Below are positions 13,266 through 25,600 of a stretch of 64,000 nucleotides of DNA, one piece after another. Made by a program: the position numbers and the translations under genes. Position 1 is the stretch's first letter, and each line of letters starts with the position of its first letter. This DNA comes from Raillietiella orientalis (taxonomy: Eukaryota): the NCBI GenBank assembly GCA_036172245.1, contig JAYWIR010000006.1, positions 4,340,001-4,404,000 on the forward strand. Direction: 5' to 3'. Under the pieces are notes generated by a model. It was not told where the DNA came from, searched no databases, and was given only the letters and a program-made list of their open reading frames with translations.

Positions 13266-14863
13266 TTCCAACCGAGAGGTCGCACACTCCCCACTGTCTC
13301 GCGCGCGACTGTGCCTGAGCCGCCCTCGCGGGGAAGCGCGATCCGGGCCGGGGCTCTGGACAGCTACTGTACTCGGAGGGAAGGAAAGGAAAGCAAGAAG
13401 CCGGGCAGCCCCTCCCCCTCTCTAGAGAAGGTGGGGAGACGAGAGGGTTGCTCAGCGGACTCACCCGGGACGGGCAGAACGGCCACGCGCGACCTCCAGG
13501 TCGCCGGGGGAGGGCCCCGTCTCCCAGACTCCGAGACCCCCCCTCCTGAGGAGCTCGCACACGCCCGAGGCTTCTCCTAAGATACACTTTGAACTTAGCC
13601 AAAAGGCCGAGAAGTGAGAAGCTTCTCCTGAGATGAGGCGGAGGTAGCTGCGGCTTTCACCGCCCTCCTGGTACACGCGCCCTCCGGGCACTGAGCTCCT
13701 CAGGGGAGCTGGAAAGCCGTGACTGAGAAGGAGGGAGAAGTACTATCCCTTCATCAGCGTGCGCGCGACGGGGTGGGACACGCGCACGTCCGCGACGTGC
13801 GGTGGCACTCGACTACCAACCCCTGCCCGCTCCTCCCCATCGCCCGACGCGGTCCGCCAAGCCCTGCGGCAAGCGAAAGGCTTGCCTGGCGCCCCCGCTC
13901 TCTTTCTTCCCTGACGGGGAATGGGGGGAGGATCCCCACGTGAGGATGAGGGTGGAACCCACTCTCAAGGAGCTCTCCCTAGGAGGAGACACCGGTGGGG
14001 TCCGTCGGCGCAAGCCACCCTGCCCGCCCTGCCTGGCACTCTGCACGCACGCAGCGTCTTCAGGTGGGGGAACGGAGGGTCAGGTCCGCGTCAGGGTCTT
14101 CCGGTTGCGCGCTCTTCCACTTCACGAAGGCAGGGAGAGGGGGAGGGGGAGGGCTGCGGCAGTGCCCCCCGACTGTTCCACTCAAATGACTTGCATCCTT
14201 CCAGGATGCATTCTGGTTGGAGGCGGAGATGGATGGATGCTGCTGCCAGAGTGTTCCATTCACACGCACTCGCCTTCTTCTCCCCCTTTCTCCTCTCCCC
14301 CCCCACGAGTGTGAGCGCCACCACGTGGCGAGAAAACAAAATCAGGAAAGGGTGGGGGCAGCCAACCCGTCAAAAGGTGACCTCCGCATACCACCGTCTC
14401 GCGAGTCGTTCTGTGCGAGAGCCGATAACGAGCGTCTCGGCGTTGCGATGCAACGCTCGGCCGCTCAACAATGAGAGGATCCGGACCAAAATAGCGGCAA
14501 CAATGACCGAAGGAAAACGCCGAAACTTCGTTTCGTTTGCTCGAGCGAACTAGGACGCACACCTTCCCGCGTCTACCGGAGCCCAGGAACGGGAACTGAA
14601 TCCACGAAAGAGAAGAGGGGAAGTGACGTCGCCTCGGGACTTTAGAAAGGGAATTTCGGGAGCAGACGGGCTGCCGTTCCCAGCGAGAGGGCGCTCCAGT
14701 CCTCCCCCGCTAGATGACGGAGGTGTTCCCGTCACGAGTCCGCCTCGCCCTTCCTCTTCTCCCTGCCCCAGAGCAGCGCGTGCTCAGGACTTTCCTCTGC
14801 AGCATCCCCGTTCCGAAGCAGCGGTCGTCCGTGGCAGTCGGAAGAGCACCCTCTTGATAGATC

Positions 14864-15207
14864 GTGGCTCGTACGAAACAAGCTGCCCGCAAGAGTACCG
14901 GTGGTAAGGTCGAGGAAGCGGTTGGAAGCTCAGGCAGCTCTCAAGAGAGAGGGTATGAAAAAACCCCAGGCCAAGCATGGGAGGTTCGTCGTTCCCAGAA
15001 GGGCAGGGAGCTGCTGGCCTTTCCAGCGTTTCGTACGCCGAGGAGCTCTGGATTCCCAGATGAATTTGCGTTTCTGAAGCCCGGCAGCGTTGGCTCTGCA
15101 AGAAGCTGATGAAGGCGGTTCGGTCGGTCTCCTCGAGCATACGAACCCGCGCGCTGTCCCGTGTGCCAGGCGTGCGGCCATCGTGCCGGAAGATGTTGAG
15201 CCAGCGG
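14864..15207 (+). pseudogene. H3: Histone H3 pseudogene (intronless, frameshifted, in-frame stop, start codon lost)
   Basis: Collinear H3 fragments across frames: ARTKQAARKSTGGK; RKRLEAQAALK (~RKQLATKAARK); GMKKP; EVRRSQKGRELL (~EIRRYQKSTELL); PFQRFVR...MNLRF*SPAALALQEADEGGSVGLLEHTN...RAAIVPEDVEPA (~PFQRLVR...DLRFQS..ALQEASEAYLVGLFEDTN...RVTIMPKDIQLA). GTG replaces ATG. Confidence 0.9.
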
Positions 15208-15400
15208 AAGTGTGGGCTCAAGACGGAACGAAAGCAAGAACCGCCGTTTCGTCTCCGGGCACGTCTTCCCCTGCGTCCGAGCGGCGCACGCGGTCGCCCG
15301 TCGGCCGCACCATCGCAGCGACCCGGGCTCGCGCCTGCTCCGCTGTCGCCCTGCCGTGGGGACTCGCTCAGGCATCGCAGGAAGTCCTTTCCCTTTCAAG

Positions 15401-16818
15401 ATGGCGGAGGCCGCAGGGAAGCGGGAAGTCTTCCTTCCGCTTGGGAGGGGTCCGCTTAACAGCACAGAATCCTCGTTTACCGAAGAAGAGCGACTGCCCT
15501 ACGATTTTTGGCTTTCCTCACCCCAGAAGTCTTCGGCGCCAGTTCCGTGCTGTTCAAGAGCTGCTCACGAAGTGTTGAGGGTTGGAATTCTTGAGGGCCT
15601 CTCTTTTCAGGATTCTGTTTTCAGGAGATCAAGTGTCGGATGCAGATGGGGTGTGCGTGTGCCCGGTTCCCTTGGCTGCGTGCGTCTCTGCGGAAGCGTG
15701 CTGCGTGGACCACTCCAGTCCCCCACGAAGTGCGCCGGAGCTCCGTGGCGCGCGCCGAACGTTAGCAGGTGGCATCTTCTGCGTTCGAAGAGGAGCCGAT
15801 CTCCGCCTATTGTTGCGCGAGCGGACGTCGCGTAGCAACACAGGACGCACGCTCGGAGGCGGATTGCGTGCAAGGCGGCATCTCGCGAAGGCTTCGGGCA
15901 TTGTCTGAGGCCGTCCCGTGGATTTTGCGCAGCGAAATCTATACGGAGAGTAAATCCTTCAGTGTGTCTGAAAGAACACAGATCCGCCCTTCTGGAGCAG
16001 AGGGCCTTCCTGCTCTGCAGAAGGCCAAGAGCTACGAAATTCCCGACTCCGTTTCCTTGGTTTCGTTTTTTTTTTCCTTTTCCTTTTTTTTTCTCCTCCT
16101 TTTTGGGGCTGCATTGGAATGCAAAACGGTTTACGTGGGAAACCATAAACTCACGGGGAAAGCGCAGTTTCGTAAAAGTGGATTCAGCTCAAAAAAAAGG
16201 AAAGAAAAGAAAAGAAAAAGAGAAAACAAGCAAAAGGAACGCACTCTGACTCGGTCATCCACGTGTCACGTGCCAGGAGCATTCCTCTCCGAAGGACGCT
16301 CTACGTATTGGGGAAGAGGGAAAAAAAACATACAACCCTCTCAAAAAGCAAGGCTTCTCAGAGATGCCCACACAGTCTTTGGGCGTAACAAACAACCATT
16401 TTCATCTGCACTCCCCCCCTCCCCCCAACAACTAGAGATCTTCAGAGGGAAGACGTGGACCAATTAGCGCAGGCTGGCTGGTGTCTCGGACTGCCTCGAT
16501 ACGAGCGAGTCCATCTGGTCACTCGGATCTGGGTGAGATGCCCATGGCACGGGCTTTGGCGCTGTGACCGTGAGTCATCGTCACTATGAAAGTAGGTGCG
16601 TCAGGATGACACTACACTAAGGCGACACGAGATGTGTTTTCAAGGTCAAGTAGTTTTCAAGCTTCTTTTTAGGAGGGATTGGGGTATTCGGACCAAAAAG
16701 TGGTGCTCCTGCCCCTGAACCTCGAGTTCCAGCTAAGGAGAAACGGCGAGAAGAAAAGAGCAGTCCTTCTGAGCCCTACGTCGCAGATGCGCCTGTCGCA
16801 AACCAATGCACTGCGTAA
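15401..16818 (+). CDS. Possible orphan gene, ~223 aa. Exons 15401-15580, 15625-15729, 15769-15949, 16473-16532, 16673-16818
   Basis: Good start context (caagATGG) and phase-compatible GT-AG introns, two of them 44 and 39 bp like the other introns here. No recognisable homology, and some donors are weak. Confidence 0.3.
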
Positions 16819-18926
16819 TGTGAAAGTAAGGACAGTACTGTCCTTCAGCACGCAAGGATTTTCCATTGCGGTTGAGGCTTGAAAACTGCGAAGGGAACCC
16901 AAAACCCCGTGAGCCACATTCATTAGCTGCTGCTTGACGCCTGTTCATCAGAGCAGCGAGTGAAGCAAAAATCCTCCGAGGAAGGACAAAAATCACAATT
17001 GCACGTGTTCTCCTCAGCATTCCCTTTCTCAAGATTTGCAATGCTTTTCACAGGGATTCAATGACAGTTAGTCACTGGTGGTCTGTAAGCAGGCAGGCAA
17101 TGTGCTGTCAGCCGATGTGTGCGTATCATTTACTTGCCATGCGTACATCTCTTGACTGCCAGGGAAATGATGATCAGCAAGCAGTTTATAAATAAGCAAA
17201 TGAGCAAATATCACCACTTATCCCTACCGACATTACAAAAGTTACCACCTGTCGCTTACAGGGATTTCCACCAGCAACTGATATGAGCAAATTCATACCC
17301 CAACAAATCATGAAAGTGCACAGTCGACGAATTTAAAAGATAAAGTTTTCCCATATTTTCAGTTTCCTCTTTTCGCTTGCGCACAGTTAAAGGACATTAA
17401 AAGATCAGTCTTTCCATGTTTTGATGATGGCATGATGCGTGCATTATTTTATATTATGACTGGGTGCCGTAACTGGGTTGGAACGTCTACATACACACAT
17501 TGTTTTGTATGCATTGGAATAACGTAATAGTATGACATTACAATAACATGTTGTTCTGCATACATTACACATATATACATATAAAATTATGATGTATATA
17601 AAATATGGCTGCATCTGCAGTTGGGTTCATAATGTCATACTTTAATCAATATGCCCGTTACTGCGTCTTATTTTGTGCGATACGCAATGATGTATCAATA
17701 CGTATATATTGATGTGATAGTCTAAACAAGGATGTAATGATATCTCAAATATCTCAAAACACATCAACAAATCCATCTAATGTTATCTGAAGTTTTTATA
17801 GCATTATTTTTTAGTTGTATAGGTTTCATCGTTTTTGTTGATGTTCTTCATAAGATCATAATTGCGCATGCACAAGACTGTGATTTGTTTTCATTCTATA
17901 AAATCAAGTGAAATACTATCCCATGAGTTGAAAATTAATGAGCTTGGTTCGTAATTCATTATATGTTTGAAATTATTATACGAAAAATTCTATGATAAAA
18001 AAAGTATCATTCTTTGAGCAGCTGATGCTAGGGCACCCTGCAAATTTTGCGATCACATGGCAGCTACGAGGTGCTGCCACCTTGAAAGCTTCCGTCATCA
18101 CACCGCATTCACAAGTTCTCAGATTGTGTTGTAGTTGTTGTCAGATCCGTTGTTTTATTGCGCCTATCTTTCATTTTAGAAACTTGCATTGAATCAGAAT
18201 TTGAAGGACGTTCAATGTTTCATTTATACATAGAAGTTCTTTAATCATACAGACGATAGAGATTTTTCACGCATTTAAGAATAAATTAAATTCAGCTTGC
18301 TTCTTTCGAACATTGAGGACTGTTGGCAAGTTCGTTGTTTTTTAGTGCTTATCTTGTAAAATCTTGATCATTATTTCCGGAATCAATTAACAGTAGTTTT
18401 AGGTTTTGCCTATAAATGGAATGTTATGAAACAAAGTGTTAATATGTTAAATTATTCATTCTCGAAAAAAGGAAGACATTGCATCTTATTTTGATTAAGG
18501 AATTAATCAGGTTTGAATCTGCTTTTAGGAACTATTAATTTGTTGTTGTAGAATATTTGTGTTGTATGCTAAGTAAGTGATGTGGATTTTGGAATGTCTA
18601 CCCATTATATCAAGTCAGAACCATTTCCTACTCTTATTCCACAGGTCCCTATACCCCCTAGGGGGTTACTTTGGATTGAAGCCTGTTGCCATATCTAGTC
18701 ATCTGCCGTCTGCCATCATAATTTGGGATTATCTCAAATGATTATTTTCATATGATCGTGTTTGTTCCTTTGTTTCAGCAAACCTAAGTATAGGTATTTG
18801 TTGTATTCCTCTGTTCATTTTTGTGATATTTTCTTTTGAGTGTGTACTACAAGTTTTTGATTCTCTTTATTGTTTAAGGAATGTTGAGAATTGGTCTGCA
18901 CGATCCAGTTTTCTGACAAAGTTCTC

Positions 18927-21900
18927 ATGTCCTCTGTAATGAGAGAAAATAACATAACATCTAAATCAGAAGTCTCCTATGCACAAATCTTAGGAGAAGA
19001 ATTAAATGACGGATCTGAAAAGACTTTCCAGTTTTCAAAAAATGATGAGCTTGATGAAAGTTTCATTTTGGTGGGCTGCAAAAGCCAAGATGATAAACGA
19101 AAAGGAAAGAGTGAACGATTTCGAGGTGGAAGAGTGTTTCATCGGACACCTCCAGTGCACGAAGAGCCTGCTCCCCTTGCATGTACTTCATCAGTTGTGA
19201 AAGAAAGTGACAATCCAATGCCCAAGTTTGTTGATGCTCCAGTACCAAAAACAAATCCCTGGAAGAAAAGTGACCCTGACAGCGTGCAGCCTTTAGGTGA
19301 GTGAGATTTGAGTTTCATTGTTGGAACTGCTTGCAGATTTGAGGGAAACGTGTGAATCTGTTCATACTGGGAATGTTAAACAAGCTGCTCCACCTACAGA
19401 TGAGGTAAAATTTGCAAAAGAATTGCATAAATTTCAAATACTTTTGTAGGTATTAGACTTGATTTTTCAGGATTGGCCATCCTTATCTGAAGTGGAAGAA
19501 AGAATGTTGCCAAGTAAAGAAGGGGAAGAAGTTGCTTCAACTGATGATGATTGCCGAAGTGCACAGTCAGCAAATGGGGATACAGGGGAATCCCATTCTC
19601 GCAGAGGTAAGGTGACTCCTGTAAATGCTAGCAGCACTTTTCTAGTAGGACGAGGAGCAGCTCGTCGAAAGTGGGTCCCTGTAGAGATCAGTGTTGGTCA
19701 CCCTCGTTCACGTCGACCTGGGGGAAGACACTGGAGACATCCAAGAGATCGTTCTCTTCCAGACAGTGAAAATCATTGGCATCGCACAAGGGAAGAAGGC
19801 CATGGGTGGCATTCAGATCGCAGTGAACCAGATGTTGTTTCACGAGAAATGAGGCGTGGCTCAGACAGTGCTCATGAGCAAACTCCTCCTCCTGAACTCA
19901 ACAAGCGTTTAGGTATTTCTGTTGAAGGTGCTCCTCTGTACATCACCCCTTACATGGGTACCTGCTTCTTTGCTCCTCCTGCCCTGACACATACATCCAC
20001 CATTTTGAGAGAGAGCTTGAAAAAGCAAATGTAAGCAAAGAATGCAAGGTTTGCATAACTTTGGCATATGTTTTCCAGTGAATATTATTTAAGTGAAGAA
20101 AATCTGGAAAGGGATTTCTTCCTGCGCCGCAACATGGATTCGGAAGGCTGGCTTCCACTAACTTTGATCAGTGGTTTCCCACGAGTAGCTGCTTTGACCA
20201 GTTCTCAGGATGCAATTGTGCATGCACTTCGTGACTCCAAGACTATCGAGTTGAAGGACAATACCCACTTGAGACCTGTAGCAGATCCTCAGAAATGGCC
20301 CATTTCTCAGACATTTTCTGCTACTCATCCTTCACTTACCCTCAATCCGGAGGTGCCTGAATTTGTGCCTGCAGTTATACCTGCTGAGGACAGTGATCAT
20401 GGGGCTGAGGGAGACACAGAGGAGGATGCATGTTTTGGTGAGCAGAATGTGCGCTTTGGATTCAATTTTTGGGTTAGACTGTGCAGCTGCTGGTGGTGGT
20501 GATGCTGACAAGGATGTGCTCAACAGACTTCTGTCCTGCAGTGCTCCAGAATCAGAGCACTTATGGAGAGAAGTTCATCATCGTCGAAGGCGCGAACGCC
20601 TTCACAGTTCCCATGCAACTCGCCAGTTGTCTATTTCCCTTGAAGAAAGGGCATTCCAGTTTGATGAAGAGCTGGAAGGGCAGTCTCTTCCTCAAGGACG
20701 TCAAAACACATTTACTGATCTATCAGAAGATTCAAATGCTGAATTTAGTGACAAAGAAGTGGACAAGCTCATGATTGTTTCCCAGTCTCCAGGGAGGTTA
20801 CCTAAGCATGAAGGGCATGACAGGACTGGAGATTGGACGTCCCGTGTGAAGCTCACACAAGAATTGGCTCAAGTTATCAATGATGGACTGTTCTACTATG
20901 AACATGATCTGCATAAGGAGCATCGGGTAAGTGCACTTTCCTTAAAAGAGCTCAGGGTTACAAGTGTTCTCCAGGGTAGCCTGGACCAGTTTCGTACTGT
21001 GAATGTAATTTCACAGGAAGACTTTGATCGCATCGCCCCTTTTGTTTCTTCACAAGCACCAGTCAAGACTGAATATTCACGTTCCCTACCGACCATGAAG
21101 TACATCCCGAGGCGAAGCCAGTCCTCCAACAGGTTTTATCCTGTTGTGAAAAAATCTTCGTGTTCTCAACCATCTTGCCACAAGTGCAAACATCGCCCTG
21201 ATGCTCCCCAGGAGCATCATGTGGGCTGGGTGCTAGCAGCAGGAGATATGGCTGCACAGTCATCTATTCCAGAGTTTCACCATCCTTCACATTCACTTCT
21301 GACACACTCTGGCTTCACCCAGCAGGCCTACCATGAGTTCCGCATGAGGTGTTTAGAAGGTGGGTAGATTGTGACTGCATTCCATGACATGATTTACCGT
21401 TTTCTTACAGAAAGAGTTTGCCTGGGTTGTGGCAACTCTCCCCAGATGAACACACTGTTTCGTTTCTGGTCGTTTTTCTTGAGAGAGCATTTCAACCGTT
21501 CCATGTATTTGGAATTTAGACGCTTGGCACATGCTGATGCATATGAGGATGCACGCTATGGCGTAGAGTGCTTGTTTCGTTTTTACAGTTACGGCCTGGA
21601 ACGCCATTTCCGCTTCGATGTTTACCAGGATTTTGAAGAGGACACAATCCGGGATTATGAGAGTGGTACGTGGAAGCTACCAGTGATATGGGTTGTGTGT
21701 TGCTCTGGTGCTGGTATGGATACGGTGATGAGATCACATGTCCAGTTCTGCTACTGAATGCCTCACTGATGCATTTTTCCCTCTGAGTTCCAATTTCCTG
21801 CCAGTACCGCCCCAGCAAGCCCTCTCCTTCACCTCCCATTACTCTGATTCGTTTTCATTTTATCTTTAGGCCAGCTGTACGGATTGGAGAAGTTTTGGGC

Positions 21901-22195
21901 CTTCTTGAAATACTACAAGTCGAGCTGGAGGTTGAATGTAGCTCCCACGTTGAAGGAGTATCTGTCCAAGTTCAAGACCCTCGAAGATTTTCGCCATTAC
22001 GTTGTCGAAAAAGAGCACACCCGCAAGGGCGTAGATAAAGTACATGTGTGGATGCCTTCATTCCCCGCTGGGAGAACTGTTATGGGCCATCAGAGATTCC
22101 GTCATCTCTCTGAAGGTGAAGGCCTTCAGGCCGAGAAGCAGGAGGCGCCGACACGAAAACGCATCATTTCCGAGTGTGCCGACAAGAGTCGTTAG
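18927..22195 (+). CDS. LARP1: La-related protein 1, ~909 aa. Exons 18927-19296, 19337-19404, 19471-19606, 19649-20030, 20079-20437, 20478-20926, 20975-21359, 21411-21665, 21870-22195
   Basis: [10 protein letters not shown] and DWPSL N-terminal motifs; La motif [30 protein letters not shown]2-like [22 protein letters not shown]15 repeats [32 protein letters not shown] and [21 protein letters not shown] at ~22295 and ~22595. Confidence 0.95.
21720..21791 (+). ncRNA. SNORD38: Intronic C/D-box snoRNA, SNORD38 (U38)/snR61-like
   Basis: C box GTGATGA 21725-21731, D' CTGA 21754-21757, C'-like TGATG ~21767 and D CTGA 21783-21786. The guide CCAGTTCTGCT is antisense to the conserved LSU rRNA segment AGCAGAACUGG, and the D'+5 rule points to an A. 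TGTCCAGTTCTGCTACTGAA matches the U38 core as I recall it. It lies in the only enlarged (204 bp) coding-region intron of LARP1. Confidence 0.88.
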
Positions 22196-22607
22196 CATAT
22201 TTAGTGTGTTCCAAAAATCCATGCTTCCATTTTATTTGAGTGAGCAATTTCGATGGTTTCTTTTTCTTTTTCTGGTTTTCCTGCTAATGGGAGCAATAAA
22301 ATGAGCAAGGGAATCTCCAGTTGAGTAGTGGGAAGCAAGTTTCCTTGCGTCAACAGCAGTCGAAATGAAGGTTGGAGCTATTCTGGTGCTGAAGAGAAGC
22401 CTTTGAGGGAGGGCAAGAAGCCCCCCCATCGCATCGGCAAGCACGGTCCATTCCGAACACGTTTGGATTGTAGACTCTTGTTTGTGAGCGGGCTGCATAC
22501 TTTTGGAGTGGTAACCTGTAAACTTATTGGTGTTGCCTCGAGAATTTTCATGCAAGAGTACAATTTATAAGTATATTTAATTCATTTATTCAAAAATAAA
22601 AGTGTTC

Positions 22608-22648
22608 ATATATATATATTTATATATATACACACACACACACACACA
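22608..22648. repeat. (TA)n(CA)n compound microsatellite at the AT-to-GC domain boundary
   Basis: atatatatatatttatatatatacacacacacacacacaca directly after the distal LARP1 poly(A) signal. Confidence 0.85.
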
Positions 22649-25600
22649 TCGATATATGCTTGTATGTGTACGGGTCCTTGATTATGTCGTCCAACAGTGC
22701 ACGCGTGTATGCATCGCAGCCCAACACACGATGCCAGCTGAAGACGGTCGGAGGTCTGTGGGAAGCAGCAGCAGGCCTGTCGCTGCTGCATGTTGGATTC
22801 CTATGTCCCGTGGTCTTCCGGTCCACGCGATTCGCGACCTTCATGTTCTCTTTTGCCGCTGAAGCCGGTGGTCCCCACCGTGGCGCACGCCATTTCGCCT
22901 TCTGGGGCTAGTCAGCAAGCGCTGGCGCCAGAGAGAGCTGTGTCATCGCCGGCGAGCGGTCTTTTGCCCATTACTCCCGGCAGCGACCACACGGGGCGGG
23001 CATCCCCATTTCCACTGAGCTGAGCGACATCGGCGCGCGGCCGGCCGTCGCGCCTCCGACAGGGTGCGGCCCTCGGGCGGACGGCTGCCTTCGGAATGAA
23101 CTCGCAGCAGACGGAAAGCCACGTGGGCAGAAAGTCGCTTTCCTTTGTTTTGCGTTTTCGCCCTTCGCCTCCTATCGGCGCACCGCTCGCACTGCGGCTC
23201 ATCGGCGTCCCACGCATCCCTTCCTAAAGGACTCACGCGTTCCCCTCGTCTCGCCGGAGGGTCCTTCCGGGTCGTTCACCTCAGGGATTCCTAGCGTGTA
23301 CCTCACTCGGTGTTTTCCGGCGCCGGTGACCCATCAGGGTCGCGTCTTCCTCCCCTTGCCCTCCGGCGGATGCCCTGGAGCTAGCGAAAGGAGCAAGTGC
23401 AGCCACCAGCCACCTCCGTAAAGACGCGAGGACCCCGCATGTCGGGGGCGTGCTCCATGAAAGTGTTCCCTGTTTCGTGCTCCTTAAAGGGAAGGAGGAC
23501 ACGAAACTTCGAGGGAGGGCAGGGGAGCGGAGCAACTCTCCCGCTGTACCCATCTGGGGCATTGCGGAAGCTCACGCCGGCTGTTCCGGGGGCTGGGCGC
23601 GGACGACGTCGTAGAATATCCTCGTCTTTCTGGAACCCCAAGGAGGGGAACGGAGGTGGAGGAATCAGGGCGAAGGCCCGCCTTCCTCCCGATCGTCTCG
23701 TTCGCGGTGTTCGTTGCCGGCCAACTCCTCCCGAGAAGCCGATCGGTCAGGTGGCGCACCAGCGGCGCCCGCGAGCTGCACCGCAGTTTCCAACTCCCCC
23801 ACGTTGCGCGCGTACACGTAAGCGGCGGACCACGCACTTCCTCCCTGTCTCCGCGCGCGCGCCGTCGCGACGCCACTGGCGGCGGGCAGGTGCGCAGCGG
23901 ATTGGGAGAGGAAATCGCTTCGCTGCGTCACTGGCGGGCAGGTGCATCACCTGGTCTGATTGCCGCCGCGGGTGAAGGGGAATCCCACCCTCCCGACTTG
24001 AACCGTGCCCCGCTGCGCGTTCGCGATGGGCGTCGTCGCTGGCGAGGAAGGGCTAAGCTCCCCCACGGGCCGCTGGCGTCGTCGACCTCCCGTCCGTGTT
24101 TTGCCCCTCCGCCACCCTGAACCTAACAACCTGGCGCTCCACTTGCCGCCCACCATGGTGGAGCGGGCCGGAGACGAGTGGAAAACCTCCTCACTCACCA
24201 AGCCCCTCCCGAGGGAAGCCACGAAGAATCGCTCCATGGCGGTGGAGCCTGCAGGAATCCCCAGCAGGTGGTGCGCGGGGCTCGTTCGCTCGCTTCGACC
24301 TTCGCCCGGGGTCACTGGAGCCCTCACTGAAGCTCGACAAAGGATAGGGCCATTGGCCCTCTCATCTACTGGCATTTAACACGGCTTGCCAGGCATCCGG
24401 TGTGCAGACCGGGGAGGGAAGATGACCTCGGCAGCAGAGGGGGTGGGAAATGCCTCCGGGGGGGATGGGGGTGCAGCCGCGCAGCGCAACATTGGATTCT
24501 AGCTGGGGGGCGGCCCTCCACATCCTGTCGAGGATGCCGACACGTTCACGGGTGCGCATGACCCAGGGTGTGACCGGCTCGGTGCCCTCCGTAAAGAGTA
24601 GGGCGAAGTGGATGGCGTTCCCGCCGCTTCTTCCTCCACTGGCACACCTCGCTCCAGGCCGCCACCATCCCGCGTGAGTGAAGAAGAGCGGCTGGAGATG
24701 CAACCGGCGACAATGCACCGCTCGAGCAAAGAGGGGGGGAGGGGTTCCCGTGCGTCTCTGGAGTCGCCACAGGGGGTCGTTGCCGCGAAGCGTCCCTCCC
24801 ACAGCGGTCGCACTGCAACGCAGTCCACGAGCAGGTGCAGGAGGGATTCGCGTTCCCCCGCACCTGCTGGAGTTCGGGTTCGCCCCTTCCCTCTGGGATT
24901 CGGTGACGTCGGCGCTCGTTGCGCGGGAGGGAGGGTGCGGTCATTGGAGAGCACCGGGAGCCGCCCGAGGCCCTCACGGGGAACCCTCAGCGGCTCTCCC
25001 CAGCGCACAAGGACTCGGGGTCGCGGGGTCGGTCTGCTGGCCTGCGGCCGTCCGTGCCAGGGGGAGTGTCCCTTTTCTGGAGGAGATTCCACAGCAAGAG
25101 GCTTCCCGTTTCACCATCAGGTTGCTGCTCCCTCAGGAAGGGCAAGGGAAGCTCCCCCCCCTACGCACGCTTGGTGGGACGCTACACGATCTGACCTCCT
25201 GGAGCGGGCAACCGTTGCGGAGGCTCGCCTGCTTCGAGGTGCGGCGAGCACCCCGAGCGCTTCCACGGCATCCCATTCCGGAATCCCCTGTCCCCTCCTG
25301 CCTTCCCAGGAAGATCCTCGCTGCTGCCACCTTCCCCTTCCCTCTGCGGAGACCTGACCTTCGGACGAGAGGAAGGCCGAGAGCGTTGCGGCTTCTTGAG
25401 CACCCGGAAACCCCGCGGTGATGCGTTCCCTGAAGGCACCAGGAGGTGCCGACGCACCTGCAAAGGCAGCCACTCCACGTCGGCTCGCAGTCGACCCTGA
25501 GGTGCCCGGAAGAAGCGTCCTGCGAACTGGTCGCCTCTTCCCGACCTCAGCTGCCTCATGGGCTTGAGGATCAGCGACCATAGGAAGCTCCGACGAGAGG

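Noticed and set aside
12837..13580. Hydrophobic poly-Ala/Leu ORF as a membrane protein
   Set aside because: It derives from a degenerate trinucleotide tract that is open on both strands.
17166..17282. ATGATGA...CTGA as another C/D snoRNA
   Set aside because: No recognisable rRNA guide, no terminal stem and no clear host intron.
22304..22370. GCAAGGG...CCTTGC structure after LARP1 as a third xrRNA-like copy
   Set aside because: It lacks the GGGG-UGAC-CCUC hairpin and the 3' pseudoknot partner, and folds as a simple hairpin.
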